Below, in pieces: positions 12,901 to 25,700 of a DNA stretch of 64,000 nucleotides. Under the pieces are notes generated by a model that worked only from the letters and a program-made list of their open reading frames with translations, searched no databases and had not been told where the DNA came from. The DNA is taken from assembly GCF_964204645.1 (NCBI RefSeq), contig NC_134036.1, positions 3,596,001 to 3,660,000 on the forward strand, written 5' to 3'. The number at the start of each line of letters is the position of its first letter. Position 1 is the first letter of the stretch. The stretch is from Tubulanus polymorphus. Lineage: Eukaryota > Animalia > Nemertea. A program made the translations under genes and the position numbers.

Positions 12901-15900
12901 ACTGGAGCCAGAGTTGGATTAAACCCATACAAATATGGATCTGGATTCAGGGTTAAATTAAACCCGCACAACTGTGGAACTGGGTCTAGTTTCACAAAAC
13001 TCAAATGGTTGTTGTAATTGCTATTGGGTACTTCATGTTTCCAATGAGGCCAACAATTCGAACTTAACTGATTTAAGCTTGGACTTTTTCATGAAACCAG
13101 ATGCTGGGGCACAGTTAAAGTAATCCCACACAACTGTGCAACTTGGTACAGATTCAAATAAATCCCACCAAACTGTAGAGCTGGAGTCAAATTGAACTCA
13201 CATTTCTTTGGAACTGGAGTCAAATTGAAAACCTTTACAAAGTTCTGTGGATCTGGAGTCAAATTGAATACCATACAACTTTGGAACTGGGGTCGAATCG
13301 ACGACATTTACAACTGAAAACCGACGATCGCAGTTGAGTTGTAGTAACAGTATTTCTTCTTTATTCTGTTCAGAGGACACGCTGCGCACGTATCTAGTCG
13401 AAATGGAAAATGACAATCAACACCTGCGACAACGAGTCACCGAATTGGAGGCGTACCTCGGCACGCACAATTCGGAACGAGGCAAAATGGACAAACGCTT
13501 GCGCAACGTCGAAGAACAAAGTCGTAAACTGCAGACGAAGTGTCAGAATTACGAACTGGAAATTCAAGAGTTAAACAGACAGGTAAGCGCAAATCGAGTG
13601 ACAACTTTACCCTATAGATGGCGACCCTGAATGAAAGAAAGATTGTCCACTATTTCCAATAGATGGCCAAATCGTCAGCAACCTTCTCCATTGATATCTT
13701 TACCCTAGATGGCAACACCACGCTTCCCACTAGTTTATTGATACTTCCCTATAGTTGGCAGCACTGTGTTTATTGCTAGATTGTCAAAATTTTGCCATAT
13801 GGATTGCGACACATTGTCTACGTTAATGTACCGTTGTTTGTTGATTGTAGTTGGAAGAGCAGGGAATTCAGATAAAACGAGCGAACAGCGAGAAAAACCG
13901 CATCAAGAATGACTACGAGAACAAATTAGTTGCCAATAATAAACAATGGGAACAAAACCTGGTAAGAGTCAGGATGAGAAATGTCTTATAATTACAACGG
14001 TCTCAGGTGGAGTGCCAAACACATGAAACGTGGATGGTCAGTTTTTGAAAGTGTGCGGATAAAATGTCTAATATCTGGTGTTTGTAGTTCTATTTCTATT
14101 AGAAATATCTCAGGTGAAGCACTTAACACGTGTGAAGTGTGGACGATCAGTTTTTGAAAGCGCGCTGATAAAATGTCTGGTGTTTGTAGTTCATTTTCAA
14201 TTGAAAATGTCTCAGGTGAAGCACTTAACACATGTGAAGTGTGGACGATCAGTTTTTGAAAGCGCGCTGATAAAATGTCTAATGTCTGCTGTTTGTAGTT
14301 CATTTTCAATTGATAATGTCTCAGGTGAAACACTGAACACATTTGAAGTGTGGACGATCAGTTTTTGAAAGCGCGCTGATAAAATGTCTAATGTCTGCTG
14401 TTTGTAGTTCATTTTCAATTGATAATGTCTCAGGTGAAACACTGAACACATTTGAAGTGTGGACGATCAGTTTTTGAAAGCGCGCTGATAAAATGTCTAA
14501 TATCTGGTGTTTGTAGTTCATTTTCAATTTAAAATGTCTCAGGTGAAGCACTTAACACATGTGAAGTGTGGACGATCAGTTTTTGAAAGAGTGCTGATAA
14601 AATGTCTAATATCTGGTGTTTGTAGTTCATTTTCAATAACGTCTTAATAATTTTTTATAACGTTTTAAATTTTTCTGTAAATTGTAGGATGTAGAATTAC
14701 AAAGAATGGAAGAGGAATGTGGATCTCAGATCATGTCTCGTGAACACAAACTGCAATTATTGCGTAACGTACTTGATGTCGGCGCGGTCAGCAGCAGCAG
14801 CGCGACAACAACCCGCTCCGGGCTGATATCAGCGCCGCGGACTCCCCGCGTGCCTCCGCCGGTCGCTCCGAAACCGCACTACACCGGCGGCTCGCGCGGC
14901 GTGACGCCGGCGAAATCGGAGACCGACTTGACGCCGCGTAGTTCGCTGTATTCGCACGGTCGTTTCAGAACGGGCGCGGCGGCGGTGGCGCAGCAACGTA
15001 CGAATACGCCGTACGGCAGTAAACTACGCGCCAAATCTCCACCAGCCAGATCGGTAAGCTTAAAAACCCGAGATAAACATAGTCTTATCGCTTATCTGCT
15101 CTCTCATTCTCTCATGGATAAAATTCAATTGAACCAAATAGTTACAAATTCGTCGATGGAACCACTCCCTGATTTGGCCTTGTGGTTACCATGAATTTCT
15201 AAATACGATGTGTTGTAGGAAGTGCTTTTTATCTAAGGGTTTATTAGCAATAGCTAGCTTTTTGTGTGAGGGTCAGTGTCCTATGCGGCTTTAACTCAGA
15301 CATAAGGTTTAGTTGAGGCTTTCATCCCAGGGAATGCAAACACCTGATAAAGGCGTAATTCATTGGCCGAGACACAAGCTCCTGATTGAATGGGAGATTT
15401 CATTGTTTTCTATTGTATTAGTTCGATTGGTTTTTTCTTCAAATGAATTTTGAAATGTTTCAATGATCGTAAGATAAAAACCCACTATTTACAAATTAAA
15501 AGAAATCGAAAATTTATTAATAAAACAATCTAAAATATAAGAACCTGACGAGTGAACTGTTTCAATGATTGATATTGTATATTTCATGGTAATCTCAGAC
15601 GGCCGCAGCTGTACCGTCACACAATACACGACGCCATCGCAGATCGAGATCGACCGGTGATAATCTCTGGTTGGATCATCGACCTATGGGTACCGTCGAT
15701 ACAGGTATGTACATCCGAAATTGTGAAGCTGGATCGAAAATTTTCGCCTGGAATCCTCCTCTGGTGGTGATCTTCCCTGCAGGAATCGTCAATCCGATCA
15801 GGCAGGATCGTTATAACTCCTTCTAAACTCGTTCTAAACAGAAAATGCTTTTAAAGGTGCTCGAAACTTCTTGAATTTGCGCGAAATGCCCAAAACTCAT

Positions 15901-17312
15901 TTCCAATTTTGAGAAATAGGCAATTGAAAATGTGTGTAGTTCTACAGTAAAATAGGCGTAAATGGGTATAATCGGGACCAGGATTTCTCTTTTACCCAAT
16001 TAGGCGGTTACCGAAATATAAACTGAGTTTAGGTAGTGTATAGGATGAAAACTTTTCTTAAATCCGCTGAATTTATGGTTTACCGAGATGAACAGTACCG
16101 ATTTAGGAGTGGTCTACAATAATTGGGATACGAAAGTGATGCAGACATTTCATCAAAATTTGCTCCTTTAAAACTACTTGAAAATTCAATATAGCCAGGA
16201 ATGACTGATTGGTGGGGACACTGCGGGGAAGATAACCCAAATTAACGCCTCCTGTCTCGTTTCGCGTCTAGGAACGATTTTGAAGCCGAACATTCGCAAG
16301 AAGAAATCCGTGTCGAAACTCGAGATGAAAGACACGAAAACAGCGAACAAATATCTGTTGACGACGAATCGCATCGACTCGGAGGGCGAAGTCGAAACGC
16401 GCATGTATAAAGGCGACGTTCTGTCGACCGCGGGCGGCGGCGCCGCTGTCGTCTTCAACGACGTGGAAACCGTCAAATCGAAATCTCCCGGCGATAGGTA
16501 CGTAGAACACGGCGACGGCAGAATGCTCGCTTGCCAGAGTAGTTTTACTCCGCGAACTAATTTCGACTCTGGAAGTCAAACTTTATAAACTTTTTATTGG
16601 TAGGAAACGGCGTACGCCGGATTTGAGGCCCGAAGATTTCAGCGGTGAATGGACCGATACGGAGGACCGGTGTAACATCGCGATTGAGGGACACGGACTT
16701 AAAAAGTGAGTCAGTTTTAATCGATCAACAATGATTGCGATCATATATCGAAATTCGTCTCGGGTGAAGTTTGGAATGCATATGAAGTGTGGACAAGCAC
16801 TTATCGAAAACAAGCTGATAAAATAAATATCTGGGGCCAGTTGCTCAAAAGTTGGTTAAAGATAACCGGTCGTTAAATACCATAGTAACAATGAGATTTC
16901 AATTGTCACCATATCAACTATCCACTGGTTAACTCTAACCAACTTCTGAGCAACCGGCCCGTGGTGTTTGTAGTTCATTTTCAATTAAAAATGTCTCAGG
17001 TGAAGCACTGAACACAAACGAAGCTTGAACCATCAGTTTTTGAAAGTTGTCTGATAAGATTTCTAACGTTTGGTGTTTGTACTTCAAATGAGAAATGTCT
17101 GGGGTGAGTTGCTTAAAAGTTTGTTAGAGTTAACAAGTAGATAGTTGACGAAGTGGCGATTAAACTTTCATCGTAACTATGGTATTTATCCGCCGGTTAT
17201 CTTTAACTAACTGTTGAGCTACTGCAGCCTGTGGTGTTTTTGTTTGTGGTGCTAATAGATTTTTTGCCTCTTTTGCAGACGACCGAGATCCAGTCGCGAA
17301 TCGCGTGTATAG
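3961..17312 (+). CDS. KIF23: Kinesin-6 family KIF23/MKLP1 (pavarotti/ZEN-4 orthologue), 22 coding exons
   Basis: In-frame GT-AG exons: 3961-3977, 4958-5024, 5906-5998, 6331-6366, 6748-6853, 7438-7574, 8175-8299, 8790-8951, 9371-9483, 10053-10174, 10617-10799, 11440-11559, 11975-12119, 12566-12633, 12744-12846, 13374-13582, 13851-13961, 14688-15053, 15599-15704, 16272-16497, 16604-16705, 17279-17312. Motifs: DPVEVYCRIRP, P-loop GITSSGKT, switch I NAESSRSH, switch [21 protein letters not shown], coiled coil, RHRRSRS..WLDH, tail [26 protein letters not shown] at 18868. Confidence 0.95.
6993..7213. mobile_element. Back-to-back MITEs F2 (GACCCAGTTCCACAG...CTGTGGAACTGGACC) + F3
   Basis: F2 is flanked by CAG/CAG. 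F2 also occurs at ~7637-7746, 24251-24359, 34801-34910, 37070-37180 and 50105-50185. Confidence 0.7.
7637..8074. mobile_element. Chain of three MITEs (F2, F3, F1) in a KIF23 intron
   Basis: Three families with shared GG.CCAGTT/AACTGG.CC termini in series. Confidence 0.7.
8325..8730. mobile_element. ~400-bp hAT-like non-autonomous element; further copies at ~9555-9990, 10850-11190, 12178-12507, 15815-16220
   Basis: TIR-like ends (CAG)GGTCCCTAC...GTAGGGACCCTG, subterminal CCTTGAA repeats, and shared core AGTAC(C/T)GATTTAGG...TTGGGATA..GAAAG(T/C)GATGC in all five copies. Confidence 0.65.
10312..10535. repeat. Tandem repeat, 56-bp unit x4, within a MITE-like element related to 17819-17962
   Basis: Unit AATATGAAAGATGTTACTGAGGGTCTTACTGTTGATTACTGATTAATTTGAACAGA; unit starts near 10315, 10371, 10427 and 10483. 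Confidence 0.9.
12890..13300. repeat. Degenerate ~38-bp tandem array resembling MITE termini (ACTGTGGAACTGG), interrupted by MITE family F4
   Basis: Repeated (ACTG/CTT)TGGA(A/T)CTGGAGTCAAATTGAA-like units. The F4 copy at ~12983-13100 is related to 19243-19378 and, reversed, to 32196-32310. Confidence 0.6.
14000..14640. repeat. Intronic tandem repeat, ~109-bp unit x6
   Basis: CTCAGGTG at 14002, 14109, 14211, 14320, 14429 and 14538. Decayed relatives at ~16760-17105. It accounts for the repetitive ORFs 13992-14551. Confidence 0.92.
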
Positions 17313-19752
17313 ATGACCGGTCAATATTCAAGCAGCTTTCGACCTGCATTCAAGTGAATGGCGCTGAGAGTGACGCGCAGTTCATCAGAGAAATTGTGAA
17401 AATCGCTCGAGCAATCATCATACAAAAAAAATCAATCGCTCTAATTATATTTACAGTAGACTCCGCCTAACTCTGTGTGCGCTGGTGTCGTAAATCGCTG
17501 CCCTCAAGTCTGCGGTGAATTTTAGTCAAATCTACTTAGAAAAGCCTTCAGCAATTTCTTAACGCTCGCTGAAATATTTACAGTGCCACCAAACCGCTGA
17601 CCAATAAAGGCGCCCTTTAGTGTTATATGTAGTTTCTGAAATCTGTAATCAATCCACGCGGAATGTTGATATCACACCAGATGCTGCGACTATGATTAGC
17701 GAGTAGTGATTAGTGAGTAGTGATTAGTGAGTAGTTTCTACTGATTTTAAGAGTTCAGCTACTATCAAAAATACTCCTCAATCAGAATCGTTTCAGCTAG
17801 TTCATTTTCAATAAATACTAGAGCTGCCAACACTGCTTTCCTGATTTTCAGTATTTGTTGTCGATCCTATAACGACAATTACTGATTTAATTTGGTTTGA
17901 CGCGTACAGAAATATGAATGCTTTAATATGTTGCTGATGGCCCTTTTCAGAGGTTGGCAGCCCCCTGAAATACACAATCTTTAATGTCGAATTACTCTTT
18001 ATTTTCTGGCGAAAACAGCTACGATTATATAGATATCTGGTAGTCTGGTGTGATAAACAGTCAGTGGTGTGTTAATTCTGCCATTGCTTATACAGTACAA
18101 GCTGTTCCACGCTTAATTTAAAATCAAATTTTGTCCATTTACGCCGCAATTAAAATGCTTTCATGATGATATTGGGTGCATGGCGGCTGATTCGGGTCAT
18201 AGAAGGAAATTTTCTCTACCACTTAAGGCATGATAGAAACGAATTTTTACATTGGTCCTTCTTTGTTTCTTGAAACGTGAGAATTAAAAAAAAACTTTGG
18301 TTTTCTCGTGCGAAAAAAAAAAACAAACAAAATTTTTTCGAATTCTCAAGAACGATCAAAACAAAAAAAAATGTGCTGATGTAAAAAGATTCTATAATGC
18401 CTCTAGATGTTTAGTTTGGCCCGAATCAGGTACATGCGCACGTGTCTCTGAAGGGGTGGGTCCGGGGGAAAGTGCGAAGGGTACGCTCCCCCTTTCCCTA
18501 AAAAATGTCAAAAATATTGAAATCATAACTGTAAAGTTATCCATTTCCAAAAATGAGTTAATATTTTCCGATGAGCTTTCTTTTTCCGAGTGCCCTTGTA
18601 ATTATATGATATGATATACCGCTATTGTGGGGGTGCTCACCTCCCTGAATCAGACCCTAAATCCACTCCACCCTATCCCACCCGCTCTGTTTCGTAATTG
18701 TAAATAATGTACATGTATATATTTTGTATGTTTGTTCGATCTTGTCTCAGTGTAACTGCGCGTGTTACTACAGGTCTATCTGGTAGTCGCTGCCGCTTTG
18801 CTAGCATTTAATATTGTAATTATACTATATTTTCATCATATTTATAACTATTTTATTTACATTCGCGAATAAAGGCAAGAAATGCAAATTCAAGTTTTAA
18901 AAAGGCGTCCGTTCGTCGGTACAGGTGTTTTTATAGTCGCAATTGGGATTTCGTTACTTTCGCTGAATAGGTTTTCGACTCTGTTGCACCCGTATTGGTG
19001 GTCACATGCACACAAGTGATCTCCATGGCAGACGGACCCTCTGAAGTCAATCCCTTACGTCTGGCTAGTCTTCAGCATAATTGGTTGACGTTGACGTCTC
19101 GTGCAGGATTTGGTTTCGTAGAAGAAAAACTTAAATGTATGACCTTTCGGGCAAACGAAATCTATCGCAATCCAATCCCCTGAAGGACATGACGTACCCG
19201 ACATTAGAACATGGATCTACTACCGTTTAGGAATCAATACACCCGGGTCAAGTTTTACGAAAAATCTAAACTCAAAATTTGGTGTCATCGCTTGCTATTG
19301 GTTACTTCACATTGTCAATGAAGACAACAATTCAAACTTAACTGATTTAAACTTTAAACTTGTTCATGAAACCGGACCTTGACATTCGATAATGGTACAT
19401 TTGAGACAACCGAGGAAATGGCTGCGGATTGATTCCTACGAATTTCTCGGCAGCCTTTCGATTCCCATCGATTCCATTTGCCAATATAGCGTCAAGAGGA
19501 ACGGTGTGAATGGAAAACTAACGACAACATTCAGGGTTCTAACGGATCAGGGGATCTCAGATATGTCGGGAATTTGAATTTTTGCTTTCTCGTTTTTGTT
19601 GGCGTCGAGCGGGACAAGAAACCTCTCGATAAGAAGCGGCCACTGAAAGGACATCTTATAAAGTAATTGGGAGAATATTTGGTCAAAGCTCCGTGGAAAA
19701 TGGAAATTTTCGATTACCCTTATCAGCAGGACCCCCGAGTATTGAAGCAACA

Positions 19753-22700
19753 ATGCGAGGGTGAGTTCTTTTGTATATTATGTTTTACTTAAGATCGTAT
19801 ATATACACCTATATGGTGCATTGATAAGAAAGTATATATAAGGGGTTAACTCCTTCCGTTTCAACGAGTGTTCGACAAGCATACGGTTAAGCTGTTCAGA
19901 TGCAGCAGGTCAAAATGACAGTTCAGTTGACCGGTGATAGCTCTTTTGTCGCCAACTGTAGATGCGCAACATCTGGGCCGCGTCAATCATTGAAATGAAG
20001 TCATTCGGTCGGACGTAATCTCGCGCGGGCCGGTTGTTGACAATCTACCCTTTACAAATAGCGCCATAAACGCTGTTAAGAGCGTATACGAAAGGATTCC
20101 TACCGAACACCCCGAACCATGAAAACGATAGCGAGGTAAGCGTTAGGCCATGAATTACTAAAAAGAATATATATAAGGATCGACGGTTAGAAAGAAGGGA
20201 GATAATACTGAATGACCGGTAGAGATTGATATCAATGTAAATTATTTCATCAGTCATAATGCCATCCTGTTTAACGCCAACATTTTTCAGGAAATAAGTT
20301 TGCCCATTCTAACTAAAATTCGATGAAAATACCATTCTTAATAACGTCATGTTATCCATTGGTCCGAGCAGCGGTATTATACAGACACAATAAGAAAGCT
20401 GTTCACATAAGATATTTATTTCTAAAAGTTCTGTGGTGATCAGTATTCCTTGAGTATACTTGAATATCAGGACCGAAACGTCACTCAATAATTCATCAAC
20501 TGCCACCTTCACTGTTCGTCTTTCCGGAATTCTTCTTACGCGTTCATCTTATACAGAAATTGTCTATCATCGCGGCCTAACACTAATATTAATTCATACT
20601 ATTGATAGTCATGTACGTAGCTTACAAAATACAGAACAACCAATTTAAGAATTAGACCACCTCCTTAGAATTAGACCACCTCCTTTTTGAATTGCACTGG
20701 CTACCTCTGTACACAAACGAGTGAGTTCAAGGCAGTTTTATTGGTTTTTAAAGCATTAAATGGTCTTTCCCCTCTGTGTATTAAAGAAATGCTGTCTCTT
20801 CATAGACCTAGTCGATGTCTTAGATCTACAAATCAAGTTATTCTGTCTCATGTACCTTTTAATACAATTTTTTACGGTGAAAGAGCTTTTGCTTGGGCTG
20901 CTACAATTTTATGGAAATATCTGCCCTCTTATTTGCGCAGTTGCACAGATATTGATGAATTTAAATCGGGTGTGAAAACCTACCTTTTTAAACAAAATTT
21001 ATTGAAATGTAATATGATTATGTGTATATCTTAAGTAAACCGCTCTAAGACGCAGTGGAGAGCGGTATAGAAATAAATGTTATTATTATTATTATTATTA
21101 GTCGGTAAAACATCTATTTTCGAGGAAAACCCTTCAAAGGACTTGCCGAAAACATGTATTCAAATTTCAGAAGGTTCTCTAAGTAATTTAAGTTGGGATT
21201 GGCATATACTAAAAGCGAAATAAGGTCAAATAAAAACGTTGAACTCACAATAGAAAATGAGAAGAAATTTACCGCAGTTCTGGTAATTTGGAAAATGTTT
21301 GAATAGCGAAGCGATTGTAAAAAAACCTCGACGATCGAATCCCATCCGTTTCCGAAGCTACACGCCAGTCTTTCGGTGCCATCGTTTTGCAGCTAGGCCT
21401 ACGACTTGTTTTCTAAAAGCCAGTTATGTTTTTGATAATTTGTGGTATAGGTTTATTATCGCTATGTTGGTGATCGAAGCCACGATCAGAAATCTGAAAA
21501 CATTCGCAGACATTAACGAAGGTGAGTCTTGTATACCTCAGGGGCCTGTTGCGCAGTCATGACATGAATCTAAGACCATTGTCTAAGACAAGCTTTATAG
21601 GTTTATAGCCAAACTGATAACTGAAGACCAGTTTTGAGATTTAAGATCACTTTTGGACTTAAGTCACGACTGCGCAATTGGGCCCAGGATAATGATAACG
21701 GTATATAAACTCCTCAAAATTTCATTTCGATCTCGGTATCAACCGAATGATTAAGTTAAAGGAAACATGATATATTCAAAAAAGTCCCCGATAATCTTTT
21801 GATGTTTGTTCGCCTCTGTTTTTGTGAATGTACAGAAGTACGAACGCAAGTGATGCACGTTAAACTTAGCCTCGACGAAGAGTTTGATCCCGATTTAAAA
21901 AACAGCGCATCGGTCGCGTACACGAATATGCAGAGAGAAATGGAATCGGCTGTAAGTGTTTCTCGACAACTCGTCAAAAATGCCTCTGTCAAGGGTATCT
22001 TTCCGGGGGCGGATCTAAGGGTTGCGCACCCCCACTAGTATTATGATTTGCCGTGATATGCAAATTAGATAAGCAAAGAACCGCGTGTAAAAATCCACAA
22101 AATTTGTTTATCCATTCATCAATTTATTCCTTCAATTTACTTCTCGCCAATTTACAATTATAGTTCGAAACACGATTTAGTAAAGAGTTCGCCCTGATCA
22201 GGAAAAAGAACTACTTGATTGCTCTTATTTCTAGCTCGACGAATTGATAGAAACGAAGAACTTTCAATGGTACATTGGAGTTAGAATCACAGGCTTTAGG
22301 TATTCGAATATCTAGATAGTTTTTATTTTACTAAACATTAGGCTAAAATGTAATGATTACTTTGTTTCTCCTAATCGGCCGGGTTGCCTTTTGTAAACTG
22401 CAATGACATTTGTAATCAGTTCATTTCTATATAACTGCCAGGTCTGTTATTGTTTGATTTTTAAATTAAGTAATGTACAAGGTAGATAGACGGCCGCCCT
22501 GGTTAACTTTTAAGCTCAGCTGAAATGAGAAACAAAGTATCAAGGTATTTTAGCCCTATTAGTTGCATTGATAATCGGCGTCGTTCCGTTTTTTTTTGTC
22601 AGTGAAGGCAGTACCATAGTCAATTTCGTAACGATCGTCAATTTAAGAATCTTGGAAAACAACCCGAACATGAACCCGGCTAGCGACTTTATTGACGACG

Positions 22701-25700
22701 TTATAAAGCCTGAATTCGGAGACGCGACGAAAAATATTGCAGGTCACGCCCTCAACGGGCAGTATAACGTACAGGAAAATACGTGTAAGTTCCACGGATA
22801 TCGGCCTTCGAAGAACAACTATAAGAGAGCATCGAGGTTTCTAATCGATGCTCGTGAAAATGGTTCGAAAGTTAAATGTTTTCTCCTTTTATCCCCTTTA
22901 CTTACTTATTTTACCCGCACGATATTTTCCAGTGGAGAAATTAGAGTTGAAGGACGAGAACGGTCTGTATAGAACGCAAGAAGAAGTTTGGCTCGAGAAT
23001 CCGGAAGAATTTCGAAAACACGAAGAAAGTATCTTAGGTAAAAATAAACGATAGAAAGAACTGACGTAATAAAAAGATTGTCACCATCGAACCAGGAAAG
23101 CTTTCACTCGCTATTCAAGCTTCGAATGATATTTGATGCTAATTTCTTCTCCCGTTTCAGAATCTCATAAATGCGATGTAAGTCTGAAGGCGATACAAAT
23201 TATTTTATCATTTCATTTTCGACCCCCAATTAACCTAATCATTTGCGGTACGTTATGTTACATTCTGATCATGCAGGAAGGGAATACCGAATGCGACGTC
23301 GAACCGAGGAGAAATTGGTGCATCGATTTAGCAGGAACGACGAGATGTGTTTACCCACCAGGTAGATATCCGAATATCTGAATATGCGATTTCATCCCAA
23401 ATTTCTGGTCCGTGTGCTCGTCTGCCCAGGAATAGTAAGGCTAGAAATTTCAGTTGCACAGTCACGACATAAAAATAAGTTTGGTCTTACTGGTCGTAAG
23501 TCTAAGCCATGACTATTCAACCGGCCCCTGATTCTAAGGATGACTAATCTTGCAAAATACATGCATCATTCATTTCCTATAAAGAAATTATGATTTTTCC
23601 AAGATGCACGCATATAATTTCCAATATCTACGTGTATATTTAAGTTAAGACTTCTGTTTTTCGTTCACACCCGACGATGATCTCTAGGGTGAGATCGAAA
23701 CGTCGTGTCTTATTTTTTGAATAAATAAATTCTCGATTTTAAAATTCTTTTAAATCGTGCACAGAGGTTTTTATCTTATTACCCGTTCTCCACGTTTGAG
23801 TGTGGTTATTTATTGTACTATTTTGTTTGTTTTTTTCAGGTGTAACTATCTGCAGCGTAAGTAAATTTGTTACGGTATGAATAGTGTTGAATGTCCGAGG
23901 GGGTGCAGGCTCCAGGCTGTAGCAGATTGATACCTGCAATTATAGCTGGGACCCTTTTCGATTTTCTCCGATACGAGGCCTATCACCGAACACGGAACAT
24001 TTTCCATATAACATCATAGTTACGATAAACTAACATTATTTAGTTAATCGTGTATTGCAACACACACGATCTGTCTTTATGCTTTTCAGTTCGATCCTTG
24101 TTTGCTCGATCGACACGACTGTAAAGTGCACGATCATGACAGATATAAAGCTCAATGCGTGGATAGTGGCAACAGTAAGAATATTGTTCAAAGTGGCCAA
24201 CGATTTCTTTCGAGAGTCTCTTTAAAAATCTACCCTTCCCGGAGAAACTTGGTCCAGTTCCGCAGTTCCGAGTTAAGATTTAACTCTGAGAGTTAACTCA
24301 TTGAAAATGAACTCTAACTTTAACTTTAACTCTAACTCAGAGCTGTGGAACTGGACCCAGAAACTGGCTTTTAGTTACAGTAACAGGGAAATCGAGTCGA
24401 AGTCGAGAACGACCTTCTGTCTAGAAATAAATGCAGCAATCAATCATTTAGAAAGATTTTAGAAAGGAATTTCGGTGGTCATTAATCTTGAAATGGGTTA
24501 CGAACATTTTGCTTTGTATATCAGACGTCCTGACATCCTCGAAATTGTCTGTTATTTTGAATTTTTACCGCAGAAGCCGAGATTATCACCATCGCATATC
24601 ATGGGATTCACGCTAGTAAAGGTAAAGCATATATACGTGGCTATAGTGTAAAGGATTCTTAAAATCGTTTCGACTGAAATTCGTGAAATCTAAAACGAAC
24701 GCAGCCAAATATTCATTAAATATCAATATATACGATCTAAGTTCTGTCCATCATTCTTCAGAAAATGGTAAATAATTGCAATCTATAATTTCTATTTCAG
24801 GGCAACCTTCATGCGACGTAAGTACATACCACGGTCGATCTGTTCGGTTTTGTCGAAACGAGTACAAACTGCGGAATACTTGAACTTTTGAATTATACGC
24901 GCATTTCAGGATGACCCGGATCCGTGTTTGGCCTTCGCGCCGCAAGTTTGCATCCCTACCGACGACGGTATCAAGTGTGGCTTCAGAGAAGGTGAGCGTG
25001 ATTATGCGTACACGAAATCGACTGAAAAAGGGTCTAGGATCATGAGCGCTGAAAGTGCATTTGGGGGTCCGCACATCAAATTGAAAATTTAATTCATGTT
25101 CCGTCTTTTACTTTGCAGGGGAAACGATCTGCGATGTAAGTTGCATGACGCGTGGAGTGATCATTCTGGACTCCATTCTATCAGAACATTCAATCTGCTT
25201 GTAGAATTCTACTAAAATTATCAAATTAAAAAGAAAATTCCTTATAGTCCTTATACTGCGTGTTGTCATGCACATCTCGATTTGCAGTAACTTTTGTAAA
25301 GGTTGTGTTTATCTTAATTTTCAATCTCATGATTTGCAAAGAATTTTTTCCATTTCTCCCATCTTCATCACAATTTTCATTCCATTTTATTATTTTTTTT
25401 CCGCACTCCTTCCAAGCCTTTGTGTAAAATACTCGCACAATAAAAAAAATTCTACAAACTTCTATTCTTATTTTTCCCTCGTCCATTTTGAAATACATAT
25501 TATAAGAAAAATTAGTTCTACTTTTCCCGTAACCCTCCAATTTTTTTCTTGAAAGAATCCGTGCTCCAAGTAATTAGAATAAAGGCCTTAGACAGAATAT
25601 CTGAAGCTATATTTTGTTTGCAGCACCATATTTGCGATGCAGGCCTCGAATGTAGACTAGTCAACGGTAGCACGAACCAAGCCCAGTGCTATGACGTAAA

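Noticed and set aside
13992-14551. Repetitive ORFs on both strands
   Set aside because: By-products of the 109-bp intronic tandem repeat.
1-17312. Functional linkage of ARL8 with the adjacent kinesin
   Set aside because: ARL8 works with kinesin-1/-3, whereas KIF23 binds ARF6; adjacency alone is not evidence.
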